This document shows, one piece after another, positions 20,231-31,999 of a stretch of 64,000 bases of DNA; position 1 is the first letter of the stretch; every line of letters begins with the position of its first letter. The notes under the pieces are model-generated. The model worked only from the letters and a program-made list of their open reading frames with translations. It was not told the origin of the DNA and did no database searches. Source of the DNA: Elsinoe ampelina (taxonomy: Eukaryota); NCBI GenBank assembly GCA_010093995.1, contig ML992508.1, forward strand, positions 62,001 through 126,000. Direction: 5' to 3'. A program made the translations under genes and the position numbers.

Positions 20231-22097
20231 TTAGAACAAACCAATCTTTCTCTGCTTCTGCTTCCTCAAATCCACATCCTGCCACAAAGCCACCGATACA
20301 ATAGTTATGGAGTAGATGCAAGTGGCAGCAATGAGCATGTACCTCTGCGTCTCGCCATACGACAGATTGATGGCATCTCTCGTCGGACTGCCCCATTCAT
20401 AGCTGCTCTGCACAGTCATGTCGCCGTATATGGTGGTCAGATTGGCCTGAGCTTCAGCAGGGAGGTTGATAGCCAACTTCGCCGGGAAGATACCGGTCCA
20501 CATGGCACCCGCAATGGTCGAGCCGATCGCACTACCAATGCTGATGATCATGCTCTCCATTGCGAGCAGAGCAGGGAAGTCTCGTTGCTTGCTGACCGCC
20601 ATCAAGGTCGTCTGCTCTGAGATGACAAGCACACCTCCACCGAAAGCGATGAAGATCTGACACATGACAATGTAGCCTATGTTGACATCTGGCTGGCGGA
20701 ACTTGATCATGAGGCCGACTCCGAGCATAGTGAGAGGAACACCCCAGAAGAGGGAATAGAGCTTGAGTCGGCCAGATACGAATCGAAGGAGGAGACCATA
20801 GACAATGCAGATGAAGCATGAGCCAATGGTGTAGATGTTCCCGATGTAGGTCGCATGGACGACGGACTGATTGAAGAGGACAATGTTGAGTGAGTAGAAG
20901 TAGCTGTCCCACACGTACCATCCGGTGTAGAGCGATGCAGCCATGACATAGGTAAACACCACAGTCCTGTTGGTGATCAGGTGCCATGGAATGAAAGTGA
21001 CGGGAGCGAACAATTTCTCCCATACGGCAAAGCCAATGATCAGGAGAGCTCCAAAAATAATGAAGCAGATGATCAGGGGCGACTTCCATCCATCGGCCTG
21101 GTAAGAGTAGATATTGAAGGCCAGTAGGAAAAGAGACAGACCGGTCGCCAGGATCAAGATACCGACCACATCAAACTCCTTGGCCAGGTCGAGCAGAGAT
21201 CGTGGAACTCTTGCTTGGATCAGACCCATCTTCTCTGCCTTGCGCTGATTGACGAAGAGAAGAACAAGGAAAGGAGCACAGACAACCGGAAGGACAATGG
21301 CAAAGATGCCGAAGCCCCATCTCAAGCCCACAACGCCGTAGATGATGTCGTTCGCGGCATAACCGTATACCCAGGTTGTGATCAGGTATGGAGACGAGGC
21401 AAAAGCGATCCACAAGCCTCGATTCCTGAGTTGAGATGTATCGGCAATGAAGACTATCAGGGTAAAGTCGATGCCATTGTAGCCAAGCCAGTAGAAGACC
21501 TGAGCTGCGCAGTAGGTGGCTACATTATTGCAGCCAGCCATCATGATAGTGCCCAATGTGATGGAAGCGACCATCAAGCACAAGGCTTGCGGCCGACCCC
21601 AGATGTCCATGATCTTGGCATATGGTAGCTTGAAGATGCCGGCAATCAGAGAGGAGATGACGCCAGTGAGAGCAGTCAAAGAATGCTCCTGGAAGGACGA
21701 TGTGACATAAGGCGTGAGGGTGTTGATGATACCAGATGCAAAGGCCATGGTGAACTCGATCAGCCAGATCCTGAACTGTCAGTACTACAGAGATGAATGT
21801 GGTGCAGCTTTCTTACATCAGATAAGCAAGCACGAGGTCTCTTTTGGTCCAGACATGGGTCATGGCCTGTACTGCTTGTGTACCGTACTGGGCGTCGACA
21901 TCGATCTTTTCATCAATAGAGTCGGCGTCAGAATGCGAGTCAGACGCAGCATCCATGCCATTGACGACTGCATCTTTCTCGCCTCTGCGCTCGATATCGC
22001 TGCTGGTGGATGTGCCGGCACGAGGGCTGGTGGAGTCCTTGGTGGGATCATCAACGCCAGAAGCGACTGGAGCAAAGCCAGGTATTCTGAGTCTCAT
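20231..22097 (-). CDS. Siderophore-iron transporter (SIT/MirB-like MFS), 1 intron
   Basis: 'VQAMTHVWTK', 'TPYVTSSFQEHSL', 'DIWGRPQ', 'FIADTSQLRNR' and about 14 hydrophobic segments; intron at about 21771-21816. Confidence 0.9.
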
Positions 22098-22715
22098 GGT
22101 GCAGTAGTGGACTGCTAAGTGGATGCAGCTAGAGGATCAGGGGCAGATGGATAAGATGGATGGATAAGATAGAGACCAACCGTCCAATATATACCATCAA
22201 TGAACACCACAGGATTCGCCATGATTTGCACACCAACCTCGCAAGGTAGATCGTCGGGCCCACATGAGTTGGGGAACGTTCGGTCGGCAAGCTTTTGTCG
22301 ACTAGACTGATCATCACGTCGACCCACAATAGACCGCTATTTCCGAGTGCTGATATGTCCAATGGCGAGGCCGTTGAGGCGGTCAGGCCGACCCTCGGCT
22401 GGACGCGCAAGTGAAGATGTGGTCACGTCCATGGCGAGGCCGTTCTAGCTGCGTAAGCTAGTCGCCATGCGAGTCGGAAAGGGAGGTACTTTCGTAGATG
22501 ACTGAGACAAGAGCGACAAGCTTCGCGAAGAAATGCAAAGCTCTGATCTTATCAGGCAATCAAGCTTTTCATCTAATCAGATTGAGGTTGGGAAGAATCA
22601 GGGTCTTCTCGGTCATCTCCATGGTCATCCTGAAATTCTTTTCGTTCCGATGTCGCGTGGCGTTTCACTACTGTCCGTTCCATGTTCACCAGGCTGATCA
22701 CATGGCAGAGGAATT

Positions 22716-23074
22716 TCAGAACAGCAGTGGAAGGAATGAGAATTCCTTTTCAAGCCGCAAAACCACTTTGTCGATCCACCCGATGTTGATCCGGAGAATC
22801 CTTGAGCTGGTGGCCTCCGCCCGAGGCCTACCTCGTCCTGCGCTGGCATTACTATTGCCTGTTCCACTTGCATTGTTTCCTCCTGAACCTTGAGAAGCAG
22901 ATGCCGCATTACGATCTCCTGCTGACTGAGCGCGCGATGGGAAGGAGCCACTGCCCATGTCTTTCCCAGAGGTGGCCTACGATGCTGCGAGCGAAGCCGG
23001 AACAAATCGCATGTACCACCTACTTGGCTAGACTGGATGCGGGCGGCATCCGACTGGCTCATCTTTGACGACAT
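22716..23074 (-). CDS. Small SMP (seed-maturation/LEA-like) domain protein, 1 intron
   Basis: Spliced product reads MSSKMSQSDAARIQSSQ|ATSGKDMGSGSFPSRAQSAGDRN, typical of fungal SMP-type hydrophilins. The 3' end is uncertain. Confidence 0.65.
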
Positions 23075-23942
23075 GTTCGTTGCGAGATCTCAAAATCTGT
23101 ATGTTGGGATGGAGACTAGGGAGGAGACCGACCAAGGCCTCGGGATTGCTTTATAATACTTCGTCAAGATCAGAAGTCGACACATTCCTGGTCTCATGCG
23201 TGATTATTGCGCTCATTTCTGTTGCGCTCATTCCTTTGTCGCATACCAACACGCAATGTCCGCGATACCTCGAAGTCTATGACACACAGTCTGAACGTGG
23301 CCACTGTGTTATAGCAAGTCACGGCAGCGAGGATGGCAGTACTAGCTAGCTAGATGACACCATGAATGGATTTGGCACCCATCAGCTCACCGTCCGAACC
23401 CCTTAGTTGCCTCGCAATATTATCATGTTGAAATGAATGCCGCACGGATGGCATCCATGTAGATTGACAGATATCATCCAACCATGTCCCCGATGATAAT
23501 CGTGGGTCATGCACATGAAAATGAACATCTCATGTCGTCGCATTTTCTCACTTTTGATTGCACCACTTGACGTTGCCTCAGAAATCTGCACAAGCAGCAA
23601 GAACCTCCGATTCGTGCTTGCGCGTCAAACAAAGTGACATGGTTGATCGAATGCAGCTTGAACTTTTGTAGGACGAAACCCTCATTTTCTTTGCACACCA
23701 AGCGGGCGGAGGAGCCTGGCAACTGGTCGCGAAAATCCACACATTCTTTTCTACCGTGTCAGGCTTCAGCAACGCCGCTCGCAAGTCTCATATTGACCCT
23801 ATCAGACAATCAAAGCCATCGCCTCTCATTAATCGTTCACGCCGCCGCCGACCTATGAGACCCGACCGCTTCCGACGCCTCGCACCTCGACTGTGAGGAC
23901 TCGACCCTCACAAGTCACCTGCACGGCACTTCCAAATATCTC

Positions 23943-25953
23943 ATGCCAATGCTGCATTCGACCAAACGCTCTCGAAAGAGTGCCGTACCTTGCATATTCG
24001 TCCATGCCGGGGCAGGATATCACAGCGAACAGAATGAGCATATCCATTTGAGTGCTTGCAATGAGTGAGCATGTCCACCAAGTACATTCCTCCTTGCTGA
24101 TGACTCTCAGTGCTGCTGCTGCTGCCATGGCCATCTTGAAGAATGGTGGTGTTGCCGTTGACGCTGTCGAGATGGCTATCAGAGTCCTCGAAGACCGGGA
24201 AATCACGAATGCCGGATACGGTAGCAATCTGGCACTTGACGGCATTGTGGAATGCGACGCTGTCATGGTCGACCATCTTGGACGAAGCGGGGCATGTGGA
24301 GCAGTCCCTCGTATGTGCATACTGTTATCGGACCGCACACTATCTAACGCCTGCTGCAGAAATCAAGAACCCCATCTCGCTCGCCCGAGTCATCCTGGAT
24401 CGAAGTCAGGAACAACTATCACTACGCAGAGTGCCCCCAAACATGCTCGTCAGTCAGGGTGCAGTCGAGTATGCTGATAACTCCGGCATACCAGTCGTAC
24501 CGCACGATGTTCTCATTTCTCCATCTGCAAAGGAGAGATGGGCAAGATGGAAGATTGATCTGAGTAAATCAGACAACAAAAGCAGCACCGCAACTCGTTC
24601 TCCCACCCCATTGCTGAACACAAATGCATACCCTACAGCCACTGCAGCCGATGAACAGCTGCGACGAAATCACACAGCAGCTATGCAGGCTAGTGTCTGG
24701 AATGAAGCTCAACCGGTCTCACCACCGCCCCTGGACGACGTTGCTAGAAGCAGCACATCCGAATCCAGACGTAACAGCAGAACCTCACCTTCTTCGGATG
24801 GGCGATCATCCTTTTCCACTAGCGTGGAGGATCAAGAATGTAACGATATGGACAAAAGCCTTCGTCGTGACCACCCTTCGGCCCTGACGGCTTTCCGAGG
24901 CCACGAACATCTCGCTGCAGACATGTCAGCTTCTCAGCACCTCGAAGCACCGACGAGTCCCGATGCCCACTCCAGTAGACAAGACAGTGACAGTGACGAC
25001 ACGAGGATGGGTTACGACGACGACGATTCGAGCAGCGGGGAAGAGTACGAAGAGTCCAGCGAGGACGAGCAGGACAGGATTGAAGATCCTCAAGGCGTGA
25101 GACTGCATCCCAGCCGCTCTTGTACAGACGGATCATCAGACTCTGAGTCAACCACCACATCTTTGCAGCTTCCTTCCCTCACTCCCAGCCCTCCTCCAGG
25201 AGTGACCTCCCCGGCATCCGCTCACCCATCAATGCTGAACACTCCACTTCCAGCTCGAATCCCGCCTAGCGATTTCAGAGACGACAATATTACTGACACA
25301 GTTGGAGCAATTGCAATTGATCAATGGGGCAACATTGCTTGTGGTGCTTCCTCTGGCGGAATTGGCATGAAACACCGTGGACGAATTGGTCCGGCAGCAA
25401 TTGTCGGTGTAGGCGCCGCGGTCATCCCACTCGACAGCGAGGATGGTGACAAGACGTCTGTTGCGACGGTGACAAGTGGGACGGGAGAGCATATGGCGAC
25501 TACAATGGCAGCCACTATGTTCGCTGAACGAGTCTACAGCGGCGTCAAGAAAGTTAGAGGCGGCAAACTCATACCATGCGACGATGACGACGAGATTATC
25601 CGCAGTGTGGTTGAGAAGGAATTTATGGGTGAGGAGAAGCAACAGTGGTGTGACTGTAGCATACTGATCGAGTGGCAGGACATCCAAGCGTAAAGGCCAG
25701 CAAGTCCAATGGAGCCATCGGCGTACTCTGTGTAAAGAAGACGAAGGATGGAGTCGGTCTTCAATTCGCTCACAACACAGACTCATTTGTGAGCCGTTTG
25801 ACATCTGGAAGCACAGCCATGAACTGACGAAACCAGGCGATATCATCCCAAAGCGCGAACGAAGCACGACCAGTCTGCACCATGTCCCGCCTGAAAGGCA
25901 ATGGCAAGATTGCCAACGGAGGACGATTCATCCGCACGAAGAAACGATTATGA
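23943..25953 (+). CDS. Threonine aspartase (taspase-1)-like Ntn-hydrolase, asparaginase-2 family, 4 introns
   Basis: 'IFVHAGAGYH', 'LEDREITNAGYGSNL...ECDA', autoproteolytic 'D|TVGAIA', 'SSGGIGMKHRGRIGPAA' and 'TSGTGE'. Confidence 0.9.
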
Positions 25954-26200
25954 TTCCCACGAAGACTCTCACGGCGACCCACGAGCACCCACGGCTGGTC
26001 GAGGAACGAGCATAACAAGCGACGGCGTTGATTTGGCACGAGACGGAACCGGTATACCCCTATAGCGTAGTCTTTACCTGAGCTGGGCTTTCACAGACCC
26101 TAGATTTCATTGCTGTTGATCCTGATATTTCCACAATCTCAGCTCCACTGGTGCATCCCACCTGACACCCACAAGTTCGTTGCCCTTCCCATCCCCATCG

Positions 26201-27407
26201 CTATCCAGAATAAGCCGGCGTACCAGCACCGCTCGCCGGTGTCCCCTCCCTGCCCATCTCTCCAGGCAACCTCTTCTTCTTCTTCCGTCTCACCACAACT
26301 GGCTTCTTCCCATACTCCCCTACCCCCAACTCAGTGCCGCACGTGAGACACGCTCCTTCCTCTCCCAACGGTTCGCAGAAGATAGACAAGCAAATACTGC
26401 ACACGAACCCAATGTCTACTATCCTCCTGTGACAGAAGCAGGCCGCGCGAAAGTCCACCGCCGTCGTCTGCCCGGGGAGATAGAGGTGTTGCCTCGCCGT
26501 CGGGTCAGGGAGGAAGGCAGAGAGGAGGTACTGCAGTATGCCCGCGGACTTGCTGCCCGTGTCACTCGAGGGGTCAGGGGCGGATGCGGGACCAGGGGAG
26601 AGGTTGAGATATATCCCTCCCGTGGCGTCGGCGGCTTGTTGCAGGAAGACGGTGTCTCCCGCGAGTTTCAGGATGTCGATGGGGCAGCGAAGGCGTTGGG
26701 CCGCGAAGATGGCGTTCATCATGGGGATGTATTGTGAGGAGAGGTCGCCGGAGACGGAGACGATGAGGATGCGTGATGTGAGACCTTGGGGGGCGGAGGT
26801 GGTTTGGTCGGTGGTGGTGAAGGCGCTGGTGCCGGTGGAGGGGTTGAAGGTGGTCCCGCCTGTTGTGGTGGGGGTGGAGAGGGCGGTTTTGCTGATGTGG
26901 GCGAGGGCCATCGTGAGGGCGCCGGCGGTCATGGTGGAGGGGCTGTTGATGAGGTCGGTTGGGTCAGTGCTGGAGATGAGGTTTCGTAGGTTGGTGGTGA
27001 GGGTGTGCTCAATTTGGGCAAAGGGGCGGTATTTGTTTGGGTCTTCTGGTGGCCCTGGAGCCGTATCGGTCATGGCTACATCGTGTCCGTTTGTTTGAGA
27101 GTCTGTTATATGAGGGCTCGGGTAGAGCCATTGTGCTTTTTGTGTATGACTTGCGACAACGGCGACCTTGTTGGCGTTGTTGATGGCGAGGTGTGCGTTA
27201 ATGAAGACGAGCAGATTCGCAACAATTTTCGACAGTGGTAGCGTATCACCCAGTAGAGCCCATGCGTGGGGATTTGTATCCAGTATGATGGTCAGAAGCG
27301 AAGCGGCCACACCTTTATACGGTCAGAGATGTAATGGATGTGAATGTAGCCGCATGTGTACCATTATCCGCCTGAGCCTCACGATCGGTGGCGTCGACCG
27401 CGTTCAT
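26201..27407 (-). CDS. TFB4: TFIIH core subunit Tfb4/p34
   Basis: 'SLLTIILDTNPHAW', 'FINAHLA', 'YIPMMNAIFAAQ', 'FLQQAADATGG' and Zn finger 'DFRAACFCH..GFVCSICLSIFC'; short first exon MNAVDATD. Confidence 0.95.
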
Positions 27408-27625
27408 GACGCCGACTCGCAGTCTACCGTCCTACTACCATTCTATTGCGATTCCAGTGACCCTGATTAAGCAGTTTCATCTACGATCTTCGTGGCGAAA
27501 TAAAATTGATGCCGAAAGGAAAGGTAGTGAGATGTGAAGTTCTGTCCGGCGCCGAAGCAAAGTCTTTGATCGTTTCAGCTTCATCAGCATCTTCCAACCT
27601 TTCCATCACTTCACAACACACGTCT

Positions 27626-28183
27626 ATGGATATGAGACGGCTGAAATATCTTGAAGAGGCATCGGTATTGCTTCAAACACAATCACCGGCTATCTCTTCA
27701 CATCTCGGTCTGCAGAGCATCCTGTTCACCCTCCCCGCGTCGATCGCATCTTCGTCACCACCTGCCAACAATTGCCAGTCATGCGGCACCTGCTTGGTCC
27801 CGTCCTGGTCATGCATACGAGTACAACGGCAAATGGCTCGATCACCGTTGCTTGCTGAGGAGTCATCCAAGGACAGCTTGATCTATCGGTGCAACAAGTG
27901 TGGTTGCCTCTCAACCAGTAAAAGGCGTTCACGAACTGCTCGCCAATGCAAGATCTCTGAATCAGCCCAGAAAATGGCCTCAGACGCACCAAAGCAGATC
28001 TCACAAGTCTTGGACACTGCACCACCCCCGATGTCTGACGATAAGGTCAACACACAGGCACAGGGTGGACGGAAGAGGGCGAAGAATCGCAAGAGTGCAG
28101 GCCTGGGTGCTTTGATAGCACGGAACCAGCCAAGCGAAGCACCAAAAGGATTCGATCTGATGGATTTCATGAAGTCTACTTGA
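27626..28183 (+). CDS. RNase P/MRP Rpr2/Rpp21/Snm1-like zinc-ribbon protein
   Basis: 'RLKYLEEAS..L...SPAISSHL', CQSCG...CNKCG and a basic tail ending 'FDLMDFMK'. Confidence 0.75.
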   Translation: MDMRRLKYLEEASVLLQTQSPAISSHLGLQSILFTLPASIASSSPPANNCQSCGTCLVPSWSCIRVQRQMARSPLLAEESSKDSLIYRCNKCGCLSTSKRRSRTARQCKISESAQKMASDAPKQISQVLDTAPPPMSDDKVNTQAQGGRKRAKNRKSAGLGALIARNQPSEAPKGFDLMDFMKST

Positions 28184-29072
28184 TTGAAGATGGCTGTTGT
28201 ATTGGGCACCACCGAATCAGGCCGAAGCTATATCATGCCCCGTTGCTCGCCTTTCAAACGGGAAAGGATTCGATTGCTACCTACTTGAAGAACTTTGCCA
28301 TCGCCCGCTCGGCCAACCACAATGATCTGGCTTCTCAACCCATCAGCGGGGCTGCTACACGCTCGACGATCTGAGGCTGGGATGTAATCTACATCAGCGA
28401 TGGCTTCCCAGAGTGTCCGAGCTTTCGCTGGAACGATGGCGATCTTCATATCTGCTCAGACGCCAGCAAAAGGTATGGAGTGCTGACACCGAGACAGCAA
28501 TAGAAAAGAGATCTCGTATCAAATAACAGGCGCACCTACCTTCACTACTGAAGCACATCTACTTCCATCCAAAGGACCGACCAGCATCGCATGACAATTG
28601 CGACAGCCTGGAATGTTGCGGTAGGCTTGTGGTGCTCGAATCTGCTTTGCCGTTTGCTGGGACCCGAACCGCGATGCTAGGAGATAGGCAGAATTATCGT
28701 TCGACAGAGTTCTGGCTCCTGCTCGAAGATCTTTATGCTTGGTAAGCGATCTTACTTGAGAGCGCGATAAGATAAGATCATCTAATTTTGCTCAAGCGAC
28801 CCCACCTTCTATGCTGCGTCACTCACAGATGCAATTTTCAACACCACAAACGAGAGTCAACAGAACCTTAGAGAAGAAAATTGCCTATCAGGTACGATCG
28901 AAAGTTTCGAATCCAGCCCATTGGTTAAAGCGACTCGGGCCGGCTCTATATAGTGGAGGATAGTTCTGGTCATTCAGAGGAGACCTTCGAAGACATCTGA
29001 CAAACGCCCCGCCTTTTGGAAAGGGTTGAGATACATACGCCTCGACTGCTCACCTACTCTCTGCTCACCATA

Positions 29073-30665
29073 ATGGCTGCAAATGGCGACGGCGAGAAGC
29101 TCAGCGGCCCCTCCTTGGCCAAAGATCTTTTCGAAGACATGCGACGGCAAGTCGACACTCTGGACATCAAGGATGGCGCCGAAGAGACGGAGCAAAAGGT
29201 GGTCGAAGAGATCGAGAGCTTATGCATGAACTGCCACGAGGACGGTGTGACACGTTTACTTCTCACCAAGATTCCATTCTTCAAGGAGATTGTCATCATG
29301 TCGTTCGCTTGCGAGTCCTGCGGATTCAAGAATTCGGAAATACAATCGGCTGGAGAAATTCAAGAGCGAGGGGCAAAGTACACGTTCAAGGTTGAGACAG
29401 AGTCCGATCTGCAGAGACAAGTGGTGAAGGGTGACAACTGTACGTTCAAGATCGAAGACATCGACCTCGAGATCCCGGCTGGAAAGGGACGATACACAAA
29501 CATTGAAGGCCTTATCAGCAGCGTGAGGGATGACTTGGCTTCGCATCAGGAGGCGCGAATGGAGCAAATGCCAGAAGTAGGTCAGCAAGTGGCTACTGTG
29601 ATACGGAAGTTGTCGGACATGCTGGAGGGCAAGTCGTTCCCTTTCACTGTCACGGCCGATGACTTCTCTGGCAACTCTTGGATCGAGCCAGCACCGCGAG
29701 ACTCCTCTGGGAAGTATGCAAAGTCTCAGTACAATAGGACAGCTTCTCAAAATGGTATGCTTGGCTTGGGAGATGATGTACCGAATCCAAGCACCCACAC
29801 ACACACTCATGAGAACACCACCTCGGCACCTGAAACAACGATTCGGCCCGAATACCATTCTTCGAACCTCGTGGGTGCATCAGCACCGCAGGCACAGAGC
29901 GCCAACAATGTTGACTCGGAAGATATTGTTGAGAATCAGGTCTATACTTTCCCAGCATCATGTCCCGGGTGCACCCGTCCCTGCGACACGCACATGAAGA
30001 TGGTTAACATTCCATACTTTAAGCAAGTCGTTCTCATGTCCACGGTCTGCGACCACTGCGGCTACCGAAGCAACGAAGTCAAGACTGGAGGAGAAGTACC
30101 CGAAAAGGGACAACGCATCACCCTCAAAGTCTCGACTGCCGAAGACCTGGCACGAGACATCCTGAAAAGCGAGTCAGCGGCTCTGAACTGTCCCGAGCTT
30201 GGTCTACAAGTCGAGCCAGGCACTCTGGGTGGACGATTCACCACGGTCGAGGGTCTGCTCACTCAATTCCGACGAGATCTCCGGGCACAAGCATTCGACC
30301 TGGACGATGGAGATGCTGCGGACGACGGAACAGTGGGGGACTCAATGGCGACTGAGACAAAGCGGAGCTGGGATGACTTCTTTGCTACTTTGACCGAGGC
30401 GATTGAGGGCAAGAAAGAATTCACGGTGATCATTGAGGATCCGCTTGCAGGGAGTTACGTGCAGAGTTTGACGGCTCCCGAGAAGGATCCTAAGATCGAG
30501 GTCGAAGAGTATGAGAGGACGGAGGATGAGGAGGAGCACCTTGGGCTCAGGGATATCAAGGTGGAGGGGTATGAGGACGATGCGGATGGTGACAAGGCGA
30601 GTGAGGAGAAGACGAACGGGTTGAATGGAGTAAATGGGGTGAACGGCACTCATGAGGAAAAGTGA
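29073..30665 (+). CDS. ZPR1: Zinc finger protein Zpr1
   Basis: Two ZPR1 modules: 'IESLCMNC...IPFFKE...FACESCG..NSEIQ' and 'CPGC...IPYFKQ..CDHCGYRSNEVK..GGRFTTVEGLL'. Confidence 0.97.
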   Translation: MAANGDGEKLSGPSLAKDLFEDMRRQVDTLDIKDGAEETEQKVVEEIESLCMNCHEDGVTRLLLTKIPFFKEIVIMSFACESCGFKNSEIQSAGEIQERGAKYTFKVETESDLQRQVVKGDNCTFKIEDIDLEIPAGKGRYTNIEGLISSVRDDLASHQEARMEQMPEVGQQVATVIRKLSDMLEGKSFPFTVTADDFSGNSWIEPAPRDSSGKYAKSQYNRTASQNGMLGLGDDVPNPSTHTHTHENTTSAPETTIRPEYHSSNLVGASAPQAQSANNVDSEDIVENQVYTFPASCPGCTRPCDTHMKMVNIPYFKQVVLMSTVCDHCGYRSNEVKTGGEVPEKGQRITLKVSTAEDLARDILKSESAALNCPELGLQVEPGTLGGRFTTVEGLLTQFRRDLRAQAFDLDDGDAADDGTVGDSMATETKRSWDDFFATLTEAIEGKKEFTVIIEDPLAGSYVQSLTAPEKDPKIEVEEYERTEDEEEHLGLRDIKVEGYEDDADGDKASEEKTNGLNGVNGVNGTHEEK

Positions 30666-31083
30666 ACAGGAGTCTGACTGGCGTGAGATGAGCATGAGTG
30701 GCGCGAGATACCCGATAGATGATGTTGATGATCAGCTTATTGCTACGTGCAACGTCCAGACAGACGAGTCCAGGTCGTGATTGATCCTGTCCTCCACCCC
30801 TCTCTTTGCTTCTCGTCCGATGACCGCAGCTTGACCTGCTCCTCCTGAGTCCGCACGACTGGCTTTTCACCCAGGCGCAGTGCTACTCGTGCTCCGATGG
30901 TGTCGAGAGTATGCTTCTCTGTGTGTGGCTTTCATGTGGCCGAGGTCGAATTCAGTCATCGCCTTAGACCACGCGAGGCTCCCATAGGCAGAGCATATGT
31001 GCCGACCGATTGTCTCTTAAGCCTTCATCGAATCCTGCTGCGACCTCCTGGGTATGATAACTCTCGGTGTATCGCCCGATCCT

Positions 31084-31575
31084 TCATCCATCATCCGCGA
31101 CAGGATTTGCATGTATCGTCACCCGCAATATCCTGATCTCCTCCTTCGGCCTATTCTTCTTGTCCACCTGCACATCCTCCATCTTATCCAATGTTCCCCA
31201 ACCCTCGATCAGCCTCCCAAAAACCGTGTTCTTCCCATCCAAATGCGGTGCCTTGTCCAGCGTCACAAAGAACTGGCTGCCATTTGTGCCCGGCCCTTTG
31301 TTCGCCATGCTCAGCGTGCCTCGCGCATTGTGTCGCAGGGTCGACTTGATCTCGTCCTCGAATTGTTCGCCCCAGATGCTGATCGATTCCTTTGTGCTTC
31401 CTGTGGCTGGTGATCCTCCTTGGATGATGAAGTTGGGGATGAGCCTGTGGAAGGGTGACTTATCGTATGCGCCGGATGCTGCCAATGCCAGGAAGTTGTA
31501 GCAAGTTTTCGGACAAGCAGCGCAGTAGAGCTCGAATTTGAGCTCTCCGTGAGATGTGTGAAAGGTGACGGCCAT
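31084..31575 (-). CDS. cyp10: Cyclophilin-type PPIase, PPIL3/Cyp10-like
   Basis: 'CPKTCYNFLALAASG.YD...FHRLIPNFIIQGG', 'SMANKGPGTNGSQFF' and C-terminal 'VTIHANP'. Confidence 0.93.
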   Translation of the reverse strand: MAVTFHTSHGELKFELYCAACPKTCYNFLALAASGAYDKSPFHRLIPNFIIQGGSPATGSTKESISIWGEQFEDEIKSTLRHNARGTLSMANKGPGTNGSQFFVTLDKAPHLDGKNTVFGRLIEGWGTLDKMEDVQVDKKNRPKEEIRILRVTIHANPVADDG

Positions 31576-31713
31576 GGCCGCTGACCTGGTGGTTGTGATG
31601 TGAAGGTCGAGAGACAGAAGCGTAATGGATTAAAGAAATCCAAGTCAGGGTAATATCTGATTGGTCGAATATTGTACAGTCCTTCACCACCGTCATGCAT
31701 ACGGTAGCTTCCG

Positions 31714-31773
31714 CCAAAACCGTCAAAACCGTCAAAACCATCAAAACGCTCAAAACCATCAAAACGCTTAAAC
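31714..31773 (+). repeat. Subterminal 9-bp tandem repeats (CAAAACCRT/CAAAACGCT) in the left TIR
   Basis: About 6 units on the left; 3-4 inverted units at about 42533-42569 on the right. Confidence 0.9.
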
Positions 31774-31999
31774 CTAGCATTTGCGATTACACCACCTCCT
31801 TGCGCATTAGCTATACCACTTATTATAATAATTCTTATTGCAATCGACAGCTCTTATAACGCTCTATTGTTTAGTGTAAGTATTATTCTCTTATTATATA
31901 CCTTTAGTTTTTTATAGCTTAGCGCTAGTATAAAAGCTAGGTGCGCTAGTTTTCTATACCTTCCTTCCTATTACCCCCTAATATACTAGACTACTCGAT

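Noticed and set aside
28228..28600. Possible small minus-strand gene between the Rpr2-like gene and ZPR1
   Set aside because: No consistent ORF or exon model and no motif.
31714..31773. Short tandem repeats as CRISPR or telomere relic
   Set aside because: There are no spacers, the unit is not TTAGGG, and the repeats are mirrored at the other TIR, so they are transposon subterminal repeats.
31460..31780. ORF beginning MLGLSVLMVLSVLMVLTVLTVLAEA that looks like a signal peptide
   Set aside because: It is the translation of the 9-bp TIR repeats and overlaps the cyclophilin gene.
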